DNA of 64,000 nucleotides from Antedon mediterranea (lineage: Eukaryota; Animalia; Echinodermata). Every line of letters starts with the position of its first letter. Position 1 is the stretch's first letter. The stretch covers positions 31,096,912-31,160,911 of the forward strand of contig NC_092675.1 in assembly GCF_964355755.1 (NCBI RefSeq), given 5' to 3'. Position numbers and translations under genes: made by a program. This document shows, piece by piece, positions 1 through 13,100 of the stretch. The notes under the pieces were generated by a model, which saw only the letters and a list, made by a program, of their open reading frames with translations, did no database searches and was not told where the DNA came from.

Positions 1-3000
1 TCATTCGCGGTCAACACGCCACACTGTTAAATTTTGATTTTGATATCAATGTTGCTACATTGGTACCGAAATGCATGCAAGATATTGTATTGTAATATGT
101 TATGAATAAACGTTTATGGTAGTTGTTGTGTATGGCCGCACCGTCCCAGATTAAACAGATAGTTTGTCTCCGATGGTTTTTGTATGGGGTTAATGGAAAG
201 TGAAATAAGATCAAATATAGAACATTTGCAAAGATGCTGTGTTTGGGGTTCACAGAATTATACGAAAAAAGTGACAATGTTTGTACTTTTATGTCTCTGA
301 AATATCCGCATAGGTTCCAGTTGAATATGTATGTACATTGAGGCGGATTTTCAAAGACACGGTTTTGATTTAAAAAAAAACCACTTTGGGTATTCTGAAT
401 TCGAGACTAACTATATTACCGTCTGAAATTCAGAAAATGTGACTGCAGGTTGGAAGGCATGATCATCACTAAATGAGTTCTCACGTCACACATTATGGAA
501 AAAAAGTCTTCCTGTTTTTTTTAAGGCAGAATTTTGCCAAATTTTGTATTTGACCATATTAAGGAGGTATTCGTTTTTTTTTTTGTCTTGATTTCCCCAA
601 CTTATGTACGAAAAGAAATATCGCTGGGCGGATTCACCAAAGAAAAAAACCTATTCGTCGGCATTTCGGCTATTCGGCATTTGGGCGGTAGGCATCACTG
701 GAATTACCGACCGAGTAAGCTTTGTAAAAAATGCATAAAATAAAGCAAGTGCTGAATATTATGTGATCATGAAATCTTTAAACGGTTGGGCGTTAAGCTT
801 AGTAACAATTAGTGTTATCCTTGATTCCAAATTCCATTTCGAAAACCTTGATAAATACATCTATGAATGATGCACAGTTGAGGGTAAGCTAACTCTTCGG
901 AGCTTGATCATTAGAACATTAAAGGTTGGGTATTGTCAGTGGCAGGATTGTTCGTATTTTTTTTGAAGAAGAGTTTTCCTTACGAACAAACAAGTTTGAT
1001 TTGAATTGGATTCATTTCTCATGATAAAATTGCAGCAAAACCTCCTTTTCGGGACAAGCTGAATTTCCAATCTGAAAGACGACTTTAATGTAGCACATGT
1101 TGACATATTCCCAAGGTAAGCGTTTAAAGTCCAGAATGTAATCACAATCTCCATCGCTCAATGAGACCACCAATGCAAACATGTTCATCTTGTGTGAATG
1201 GCTTTAATGTTACAAGCGTCGTATGTGAAAGCAAGCTATTGTACCCAGTCTGAAGGCAGAAGGCCCTGCTTTGTACCACTCTTAAGGTCAAGTGGCCGGG
1301 TTACCTATAAAATATAAGAGACTGATTATGTATTGTGATAGCTTGGGTTCATAAACACACGTGAAAGATGACTTGTCTCATCTGTTGTACTGGCGAGTGA
1401 AGCCAAATCCCCACTCCACTAAATGAATTGTAGGTCCGACAGGTAAGTCCAGTCTACAAATGTAGGCTTACTTAATTACTTGCCGGGTATCAGAGTGTCA
1501 GGTAAGTCCAGTCTACAAATTTAGGCATACTTCTCTACAGTACGTGTTATTTAGACCTTATTCTACTGTACCATAAAATCATTCCATCAGCTGTCGGATG
1601 ACAACCGAAGAAGTAAGCAGATGAATACTCCTTATGAATCACGAGTTCCTGTTTCAATACACCTGTACAGTCTACTCATTCGACAAACTTCCCCTTCTAC
1701 TTATCGTAAGAATGAAAATGGTAGGATTAGTTGACATTTCCGGTACTTAAGTGTTCTGTATGCATTCATGTATCGTAAGACGATATTAACTGGCTATGCA
1801 CTAGAAATTGTATAATAAACACTTTCTTTATTATAAAAAAAAAGAGGAGGATACAACTCATGCAGGTGAGTCAGCAATTGTGCCGAATAGATGTCGTCTG
1901 CGACTCCACCAGTTTGCCTTCTATTCGGTAGTCCAGTCTAGACTAACATACATTATTTTACCGTACCTACAGTAATTCGCGTTATAGTATTTGTGATTTC
2001 GTGGTATCCATAGCCTTTCACTTTTCTACTTTTTTGTTTGACTGAATAACTATCTAACTACCAAACTGTGGACACAAGACGAACGCAAACAGTTTAAAGA
2101 AATACTGTAAGTTGTTGACGGATAATTAGGCCTACATCTAGGTATAGATGTCTAACGTGTGCCACTGTTACACAAGTGATTCCATTAAATTGTATTGTAT
2201 TGTATCGATGAAGTTTGTCAATTTGTTTATACCTTGTTTATACGTATAGAACATTTTGTTACGTCTAACATTCAGCTGAAATGTTATTTATAATTTCAGC
2301 TGCATGGTTATCAAATACGAAAAATTGTTTGTTACATCAATTCGTTGATGGAGTATTAAGTTAAAAGTCATTGGCCTAAGTGTATTACTCTTTGTTGGTT
2401 GTTTTTTTTTTGTGTTTCGTACAGTATTAATTTTGTTGTCTATTATCTGTAGACACTCACTAAAGTGATGACGTACTGTACAATGCAGGAATTAGAGGGA
2501 AGATTTTTCTCAATCAGCGCCCTCTTTTTACTATTTTCTTGTACAACTGTTACTTGTGGTCCCCAAGCGAGAATGGCCACTTTCATTCATTGATGATAAA
2601 CCGTCAGTTTAGTGTGCCCTCCTCGAATTGAACATTCCTTCGATTTCACTCCTGCATGCTGCACCCGTCCGTCTGCCTTACTTTAAAAGCATGGATCGCT
2701 ATTATACTTTCTAAATAGTTTGACTTTGGAATTAAGTTCAAGAAACACAGATAGTGTTCAAAAGTAAGTACAACTTAATTAAGACGTGTATCTCGTGTAG
2801 TTCTTAGAATTTTACATTCATAATGTTCGTTGTCTGACAGGTAGAAAGTGTAGCTTTTTTCAGTTGAATGAAGTTTCTAATTTTATTTTTAACGATAAGC
2901 GGTTGAATACAACATCTCTGACAATGTAAAATTACATTTCTTTAGCTGTTATAGGATTGAATAAGGCTTTATAATGCTTGTGCAGCATTATTGAGAATTC

Positions 3001-3537
3001 CATTTATTCTTGATGATTATGACTTTTATGTGGTTTGTCCATAAAGATGACGTGTTAAGTCATATTACTATTTTTGTATTGTCGTAAATACGACTTAAGA
3101 GACGTAACATCAATATAGTGACTTGAAATACATGAAATAGATTGTTTAAAGTCGGAAATGTTCAATTATAAAGTACTTGTCCTTCGTCATGTGCAGATAG
3201 TTTATACTAATTAACTGAAACTATTTCAGGCATAAATCTAATTCCACGACTACCAACAAAATAGCTACCATTTTGTTTGGTTAAATAGACTAAATTTAAT
3301 CCTAAATCTGTTATCAAATGGTGGAATGTTGTTAATTCCTCATCGAAATAAACTAGTGACCAAAAGGAGGCCTTTGTAATACCCAGGAGATTAAAACCGT
3401 AGTCGGACTAGTGACCGTAATATTACCGATGTTCACTATCCAGAACGCAGCTGTCAATATTAATTTACTGCACCATACGGAAGATAACTTGATACTGCAA
3501 AACCAGTCGACTCAATGGCAAATATCATGCCGTAGTA

Positions 3538-3693
3538 AAAACCAAGTCCATTCTTTTAATGGCAGATATCATGCCCTAGTAATACTGCCGAAAACCAAGT
3601 CCATTCTTTTAATGGCAGATATCATGCCCTAGTAATACTGCCGAAAACCAAGTCCATTCTTTTAATGGCAGATATTATGCCGTAATACTGCCG
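3538..3693. repeat. 53-bp tandem repeat, 3 copies
   Basis: AAAACCAAGTCCATTCTTTTAATGGCAGATATCATGCCCTAGTAATACTGCCG. Confidence 0.93.
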
Positions 3694-4630
3694 ATACAGT
3701 ATTATGTTTTCGTCGTCACATTTTTTCTGGAAAATATTTTTGTTTTACACGAGGCATACGTTAAAAAAAAAACTTCAAAAATCACAACAATGCAATCAAT
3801 TGAGATTAGAGGAGATTTCATTTGACATGATTTGACACATCCTTGAGTGAGATTACTTCACTCCAGTGGTCTCTGTTGTGGTCTTATCTTAACACCGTGC
3901 TTTACTCAACATTAAACAAAATAGCAGTGGTACTATGTTGTTGGTATATCCGATTCAATATTATTGGTAGTAAAATGTCAAACATTCTTGTTTTGATTGA
4001 ATGTTTGTTTAGTAGTAGTTTGTTCGCTGGTGGTGGTGATTTTATTTATATAAGCATGCTCTCTCGCCAGTTGTACTCGCCTCACAGGCAATGTCATTTA
4101 TAATTGATTTTTCAATTTTCTGGTTGGTAAGTGAAAGAATATTTTAATGATGCTTTTGTATGTCTATTCTTACGTACTGTAGATGTCAACTAGTATGTTT
4201 GCGAATAAATCTTGTAGAAAGATTATTAGAAATACAACTTAGGTATGTCTTCTGTAAACTTATGTTTCTCTCTGTAGTACTATCTACTTTACATTAACCC
4301 GATCGAGTTGTGACTAATTTCCCGCGTTTCTCTACGACGAACTGAGTCTTACAGTTCATCACTAGCTATCTATACTCTGCTGTATGAATCAGAATGTGCT
4401 AGTAGATTATTCTATAGGAAATTCACATCATTAATCATCGGATCCGGCGACCGTGTGCCTAACCATGATTTACGTGGACGTACATAAAATCCGGATTGAT
4501 TTTTATAATTAAAAGTTACGTAATTTCAGTATAAACTGTTGAAAACTGAGTAAAATGTGATGAGAGATCATATCCAAATTGTCTGAAATAAAAGTTGAAT
4601 TGAATTGAATTGAATATCCACAATACGTTG

Positions 4631-4788
4631 AGCTCTGTCTACACTATCAAAATTGTGACAACAAAAATGTGATGTGCCCATATGGACATGATGATGTCAT
4701 ATCACTACGATATTTGAGCATATCAATACCATATTTGGGCACATCACACTATCTTTTGTCAAACCAGTTTGATAGTGTAGACATAGCT
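4631..4788. mobile_element. MITE family A (Tourist/Harbinger-like), copy 1
   Basis: TIR AGCTCTGTCTACACTATCAAA / TTTGATAGTGTAGACA(G)AGCT; five copies in the window. Confidence 0.88.
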
Positions 4789-5823
4789 TTAGAAACGGAC
4801 GATACAAAGGGCAAAATATGTAAAAATGAATTTACTTTATACCTTTGTCTTCCTTGTATGGAAAAGTTAACCATGGCTGTCACATCCCATGTTCCTAGTG
4901 TTATTTGTGGTGTGCCTCATCTACTCAGAATCCACACACATGTCTTTTCGGATATTAATATAATTGTGTCCTTAAAGGGCTAAACCTTATAAAGCTTATT
5001 TTACATTAAATTAATGTATTAGTTTGGGAGCGCAAACCACGGAAAGGTACGTAGTTGGTTACCGTATGATTCCGGATTTAAGACGCAACGCAAGGACGAC
5101 GTACAACGCAAGCAATTTATGGTCATTCATTCCAACTGTCGCTTGTGATTTGTCAAATTTCGCGTTGTTGTGTCCAAGAATCACATGCTATTAGGCACAG
5201 CACTTTGTGTATAGAGTCGCAGATTTTTCCTTACGAGAGAAAGTCATTCCGTTTAGCATGAAATCAGGGAAGACTGAAATTTCATTTTTGTCTGCGTCAA
5301 ATCGAAGTTTTCCATTTAAACCAAGCCTGCTGACAAAAACCCACATCCACAATGACAAGGGCTGTATCTGTCTGCAATCAGCTGCATGTTAATTAAGTTC
5401 ATTGCAAGTGTCAGGCTTGCTGAGACTCCATTGCCCGCAAATTGATTCTTTATTGGAATGTCATTTTCATATGCGATATGACACGTGATTGATATGACAA
5501 AGGAAGCGAATATTTGTCGAGATGTTATCTCTGAAATATTTACTTTCTAAAGAGGATGTGATGGATTATAATATCATATATTTTACCTAAGGTGTCTGCC
5601 ATTAACAATTATAGGTAATTGATTCCGTGATTTGGCGGATGAATACCGGTTGATTATGGTCGGCAGACGTCAACCTAAAAGCAATATAATTAATATCATC
5701 GTCAAATTACAGTTAATATATTTAAATCTTGTAGCATCGAAAATAAAAACTTCTTTTATGAGAAATTGGATTTCAAACTCTATACCGTAGCCTAACGTAA
5801 AAGAAGAATTTTTATCGACAATA

Positions 5824-6076
5824 TTACAGTTACATCAAACTAGTTTGATAGTGTAGACAGACAGAGCTTTACAGTTACATCAAACTAGTTTGATAGTGTA
5901 GACAGAGCTTTACAGTTACATCAAACTAGTTTGATAGTGTAGACAGAGCTTTACAGTTACATCAAACTAGTTTGATAGTGTAGACAGAGCTTTACAGTTA
6001 CATCAAACTAGTTTGATAGTGTAGACAGAGCTTTACAGTTACATCAAACTAGTTTGATAGTGTAGACAGAGCTTTA
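5824..6076. repeat. 41-bp minisatellite, about 6 copies, containing the MITE A terminus
   Basis: TTACAGTTACATCAAACTAGTTTGATAGTGTAGACAGAGCT. Confidence 0.96.
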
Positions 6077-7060
6077 TAGGCCTACAAATCCTACATCATA
6101 ATAGACGTTCTAAACCAGATCGTGACTGCCGTCAGAACGGAATACAATGATTGTGGGCGTAACTAGAAACCTCGAAATCAAACCGCCATTCACTCCGTCG
6201 CCCCATAAAGTTTACACCTCTTCCTCCTGAGATTAGCTCCTTTTATATCTGAATGATTCGTGAAAGGTTCCGTTAATATCTTTTATTCCTGATCACACAC
6301 CACTTTTATTATATCATTTTATATAGCGTTACGCATTATTGACCATAGTCTTTTAACCTTTTATCTGTATGTTCAAGGAATTAATGAATGAGAATCGCAT
6401 TGAATTTTGGTAATAAAAATAACTAAAGCTTAATATGGACGGATTTCCGTTTTCCATTTTGTATTTAATCTTCTTACTTTCTTTCTTTTTAGATTTTAGA
6501 AGACAACTTGTGACGGAACAAGCATTAAGTACGTGAAACCAAGTATAGCGACAGACAGACAGACGGCCGAGATTATAAGAGCACCGGGATTTCAGCCTAC
6601 TATCAATTGCTGCCCTTATTCCACTAACAAGTATTTCCTCAATTGTTTGCAATACATTCGTTTTTCTAGACTCAGGGGAAATATTGAAATTTTAAAAAGA
6701 TACATCGAGAGCAATTGGAATCAAGTCTGGTACCGAATCTATTGGGAAAATTGTCTCATTTTACGTGTAGTGACCCCTTTCTCTTGAGTATGATGCTTAA
6801 GCGTAATTGAACCTTCAGCAGTGGTAGAAGTTACGCACGTAGTTTTTTACGGATTTAAACGTATTGTGCGCAGGATGTGATTGAGGAAAATGTTTACAAT
6901 TTACAGTTTAAAATCGTTAAAACAAATACCAATTAAGTATTATGCTGTTTAGGAGCAATATTTGAAATATTTATATTTATTTTGGTACTTTATTGTCTGA
7001 ATTTGTTTTGAGTTGATTAAGAGACGGCATATTTTCGGTCGGCGGCCTCAGATTATAACA

Positions 7061-7154
7061 ATGCACATTTTAAGGACCATCTTAATTTGGTTGTGTAGTT
7101 TAGTTCCAATGGTTCCAGCTGCACCGGAACTACAATATGATCACGATCATTATG
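7061..7154 (+). CDS. ADAMTS6: ADAMTS6/10-like exon 1, signal peptide
   Basis: ACAATG start; [24 protein letters not shown] hydrophobic leader; donor G|gtaagt, phase 1 matches exon 2. Confidence 0.85.
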
Positions 7155-10100
7155 GTAAGTGCACAATTATTTCCATATTTTGTATTAACTATATGCTATC
7201 GTGTTGGTTATACAATGTAATCTAACAAGCATTGGTTGACATTATCCATAATTTACAAAGACAAGAGGTAACCGTAATAACACAAATGTATGTTATTGTT
7301 ATTCCATGGAGGAAAAATGTCTTATGACTATTTACACAAAACGCACAGCAGACGGGTGCGCTCAGGATAGATAGATTCTACGTGTGACAAGCCACGCGGG
7401 TTTCCCTTAATACCATTACCGCTCGTCTGTGTAAATTTGCCTTAACACGATAACGTTTATGACCTTTAGTGACATCATATAACATCTTCTACATATCTAT
7501 CACCCACCATTCTATCATATTAAGCGTCGTATCTTCACTGACAACGACATCGTCTTGGTCACCATCGTTTGGCTCATTTTTACGGAATGGAAGACGGCGG
7601 TGCAGTTTTGTTACATAATGGAACGTAAAGAATTGAACGGTACCGTATGAATGTAGATGACGCTGGACGACCAAGACGATGTCATAATATCTACCAGATT
7701 CAATCGGACAACGATATCGCTGTCGACATCCGTTATCCATCGCCTTGACCACCAAGTGCAAGCATCATCTTCTAAACAGTGACATCAAACATGGTCGTTG
7801 GTCGACATCATTTACATCTTTCCAATGTCTACATTATAACGATTGGCATACCGTCACTATAGAATATAGTACAGTAATCCATTAAATACGCTACGATTAT
7901 CCTGTACTTTGTTTTTTTTTCTTTACAGGGCCAATTTCTAAAACTATGGGACACACAGAGTATGAATTATACGAGACTGTTCTACCAGCTTTAGTAGATC
8001 ACAAAGGGAAACATATTAGCTACGATATATTAAACAGCCGAAAACGAACTAGACGTAATGCTGTTCCAAACATAAATATACCTATAAAAACAGACAAAGT
8101 TTTATATTATAAATTTGCAGCTCAAGGGACTGATTTTCACCTTAATTTGACATTAAATGAGAAGTTATTTTCTCATAATTTTATAGTAGAATATCGAGGT
8201 AATTCGGGGCGAGTAGACACAGCTCACCGTGAGATAGATGACTGCCATTACCACGGCAGTATCCTTGGCAACCATACGTCTTCTAAAGTTGCAATTAGCA
8301 ACTGTAAGGGACTCGTAAGTATTTTCCGTATTATTACGCATATTTATCAGTGTTACTGGTACCGAAACGATTCCAATTATATTAGACCTCTATCTTCTAC
8401 GCCAAGAGAATGATTTAATTTCTATAATATTATGTAAGGTATCGTATTCGTTCACAGTTTGGCCTATCAGTTTTGTTGATGATACATGCATTTTATAAAA
8501 TGATGTGTCTAATTAATCGCCCCGGAACGTATGGGGCGTTTGAGTTGATTTGTTGATAATTAGACTTAGACGTTAGATATTAAATTAGGCTAGACACACC
8601 CTCCTCATTTCCTACAACATAGTGTAACGACGGCAGGAGGCAGGCACGCCTACAAGCTGATCCAATTTAGGCTACGCTTACATATGAATAATATTCCGCT
8701 TTACGCAGCGGAAAAAAAAATAATGACTCCGTCTTTCGTCCCGCGAAGCAGAGCAAAGCGTGGTCCCCACTAGATACGCAACGCAAGGGCGTAGACTCAA
8801 CGCAAGTGATTTGACCAATTACAAGCCATGGATTATTAGAACAGTGGCTTGTCATCCCGCTTGTCATTGGTCAACTCGCTTGCGTTGCGTCTACGTCCTT
8901 GCGTCTCTAGTGGTAACCAAGCTTAATTGTGAAGATCCTCACACTACGTCATCGCCATTCTAATAACTGAAATAAATGCGTAAAAAAGTTTTTTAAACGC
9001 GTTGACATTTGCAAAACAAAGAATATTGATTTTCTTCAAAAAATCAGTTTTCATTTCGTTTATTTGTATGGGTACAACTGATCGTAAACATATTGTAGCC
9101 TACATGATTTCTTAAATAAATAAACTAAACATATTATATGTTGAGCAGACAAGGAGGCGAGTTAAAGACTTCTTCTGTAAATGATTGTTCCAAATTAAGT
9201 TACCAATTGGTATAGTTCTGTTCTTATAATTTCCTTTATCACCTTTCAATCGGAGCCAAAGATCAAGAACAACGACAATTAAGATTCCGATTATTTGCAC
9301 AACATTCCGATGGAATTCACATCGTTGTAGTGACAAGAACAATAACTAGTATACAGTATAAACAGGTCTATTAACTTTGGAATCGAATATTTTGCACTGT
9401 CAATATTGATTTGTGTCCGATGATGGTAATAATAGAAGAACATACCGCGTACATCTACGCACCGACAATACGCGGTTACCGTTGTCGCCATTTTGGTTAT
9501 TAATAATAATAAACTAAAATAATTTGTCTATTAGTCTTCCTTATATTGTTTACCGTCATATCTCCAATAAAAACATATATCTACAGTTTTTAGGGCTACT
9601 TGGGCAGGGTAATTTTGTTAAAATTGGAAAACCGCATACAAAATAGAATGCTACTGGAGGAGCTGAATATCTGGATGTAATGAGGCGGTTAAACGCCTAT
9701 TGATATGCTTGTTTTTGTAACTCACTTGAGTTTGTGTATTTATGTGATTAGGTGTGTTAATCGCTCCGACATATTTCCTATGTCACAATGATTCAGTTCG
9801 CGTCGCTGCGCGTCATTACGTTTGCACGCTCGCGCGTTGCTAATCAAATACGATTTGCTTATGAACTTTCAGCGACACACACTACCACTAACTTTACCCA
9901 TAGAGATATTCTTTACCCCAACTATGAAAATATATAACGCGCAGAATGGAGACGGATTCCAAATGTGGAGTTTTTAACCATAGAAATTGGTGAATATGTT
10001 ATCATTTGAAGAGACCCGTCGCATACCCACTCCCTGTGTGATTAAACTGGCTCTTCCTTTCCGAATTACCTACCACCTGCCCTGTCATTTTAATTAATCT

Positions 10101-13100
10101 AATTTGTGCCCTTTTCCGTTCCATATTGATGTAGGGTTTTTACGTTTTCTCTGCAATAAGTGGGCACTTCACACAGGAAATGTAGGTCTAAATAACTACT
10201 AGTTTCGTTAGAAGAATGATGACTTAATATATTATTATTATTTATGATATAATAATTTTCCGTAAATGTAGTGATTCGTGTTTATATACTGGGCCTATTT
10301 ATATAGGAAAAAGATAGCTTCCCAGGGCTTACTAAAAATAGTAATGCTGTGGGAGCCTGGCTAGGCTCCAATCCAAGGTACTTAGATATAGCAGTGACGG
10401 CAGGGCAGAAGTAGGTGCTCAAATCAGGCAGGTGTGTTAAACGATTTCGGCCGCCAGATATGGAACGCCTAACTTAATGGCGCGCCACTGTCGTAATATT
10501 TGTAATTGATTGCTATTTTGGCAATATTGGCATATCCATACTTGCCGGTCGAAACTTTGAAGAAATTGCTTTTAATTGACAGTGTTTAGCATCGGCAAGC
10601 ACGTATGCTTTTTCATCTTGTGTAGTCCCCTCTCATTGTCCATGAAATAATATAAAAATTGTCTGGATAGATAAACTTAATATAAGCAGTACAATGGTAT
10701 AAAGTTTGCGGTACGTGTACAATTCTGAAATGAACAATTTAAAAAGTTAGTATTTAAATGTCTGTCTCAGATAACAAAGAAATGTGAATTATTTAAAATG
10801 CTAATTAGAAATATACTGTTAATTAAAAAAAACTAATACTTTTCATTTAAACTAAAGTCTAAAATAGCTGCAGTAAAAGTGTCCAGTGTGAGTAGTGAAA
10901 GGAAGGAAATAATTTCATTTCATAAGGTGATGGAGGTCTGAAGTTAAGGCTCATGGTCAGTTAAGTACAGTACTGTACCAACATACCTATTTCTGATTCA
11001 CTTGGCCTTGATTGATATGGGGGAAGTGATTCTGAACTGAGCAAGTCCAAGTACAATTTGCTGGCCTAGGTGAATCAAAGAATAGGTCATTTGTTATTGA
11101 TCGTTACATGACCTAATAATTAGTTAAGATTTAAATAGATCCAAACTTGGAACAGGTGTACAGATTCGGTGATCCTACTTGACAAATATTGGCTTCGGGC
11201 CACCGATTCTGCACCAAATTGTGAAGATTTGAGTTTAGGATACGTCAGAGGGCAAAATCCCCACATCCAATCATTCCCTTTAACTTCCTCTACAGAAAAC
11301 TTTACTGTAAAATAATGGAAATGGAATCTCAGAATAAGTTTGTACAGTATTATGATTTTCTTTAATATTAAGTATTCTGACTTTAAATGAAAAAAACATT
11401 ATAAAGTGGAAATATTAAATTATTATTTTCAACAATTAATTAATTTGTCAATTAGCAGACACGCTCTGTGTCCGATGATTATAGTGTTGAATTCTCGATA
11501 ACAAGGCAGAGTAGAAATGTTGATTTAAGTTTAGATTAAAATGTGTTTTAAGCGCAAGTTACTTGTAGATGTCAATGTTACATTTAGTATGTTAATGAAT
11601 ATTTCTGATTGGGAAGTTCAACAAGTTATTTTTATACTTTACTACAGTTTGATAACTTTGCTGTTTTGGAACTAAAGTTTCTACTCAAACAAATTTGACC
11701 AAACTAGTTTAATAAAGGAATACTTTTGTATTTGTCTGTTAAAGATAATTTTAATGAGTTTTAAAAACTTTGTTATGGTCAGTAACCAAGTAATTTAAAA
11801 TAAATAAATTAACTTCATAGTTTTAGTCCATAAATAGAATTACAAATTATATTAAATTATTCCTAATTTATTTTTACTTATTATAATATATATAATTATA
11901 TTTTTGTAGCATGGAATAATTTACTTAGAAGGCGAGGAATTTATGATTGAACCGTTACATCATTTAGTTGATGAGGTCACAGAAGGTCTGCCGCATGCTG
12001 TCTACAGAAGATCTTCATCTAAGCCATCTCATAAAAGTTTTTGTGGCGTTAAAGGTAAGACAATTTAAACAATTGTAGTGAAGCTGCTTCAGCTTGGTGC
12101 TTAACGTGCTTGCCTTCCGATCCCAAAGTCCACGGACTCTTTCAACTCAATTGAGATCTAGTTTATAAGCACGATAAATTATAAAATAGTTTATGTACTC
12201 TGTAATTGGCAAGTAAAAAAAAAATTCACTTCATAAATTGTCCATATGCAAATATTGTAAACGTCTTGATTATCAAATCTGTAGAAGAACCTCCTCACTA
12301 TAAAAAGCCTGGCTACATGCTATGCAAAAGTTATTCAGAGTAATCATTTATTTTTTGTGATATCCACCATTTTTGAATAGTTATAATTAATTCAGATAGG
12401 ATATTCCCAGCTGCATGTTTCAATTCCCAGGTACCTGTTTCAATTCTCATTATGCATGTTTCAATTGTTAGGTACCTGTTTCTCAGATCATCACCAAGTT
12501 GAATGTATCACAGATGTTAAATTCGCAGGTTTCTTTAAAAATTTGTATAATAAATGTAAAAGAGTTTTACATTAATACATGAGGGACATTATGCAAATTA
12601 TTTTCAGGTGGTCTGTCAAAATGATTGTATTATATAATTATGTTAGTAGTTCAGGATTTGTAACCAGCTTACTGGATAAACTGCATCAAGGCCTAATTTT
12701 ATATTAGTTAGAGGTTAACATCTACCTGAAAATGTTTGATTATTTATTAGTCATTACTGAAAAAAATAGTTTTTTCCAAAACTACAGTTAAAATAAATCA
12801 AACTTGTATAGGAACTCTATAACCCCTTAGTAAGTCTTGTGAAAAAAAAGTTGACTTGTACCTTATGCAAATGAGGTTGTTTTGTTTAGCGTCAGATGAT
12901 TGCACCTGGATTCACAGTTTCAGTTTATAGTTGGACATACAATATACCGGTGATATTGATGCCCAGTTTTGTCTGTGAATGTTACTTTATTTTCAACATG
13001 GACGGAAGTAAACGAAAGATGTTTATTAGTCAGGTGTGATCATTTGGGAATCTCTTATTTCAGAATTGGTTTTACTATTGCGGTTTGGTGTAAAATTATA

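Noticed and set aside
936-2770. Short ORFs and isolated donor-like sites (caggtaagt twice, caggtgagt, gtaagt) upstream of ADAMTS
   Set aside because: Could not be linked into a gene model; non-coding exons remain possible but unsupported
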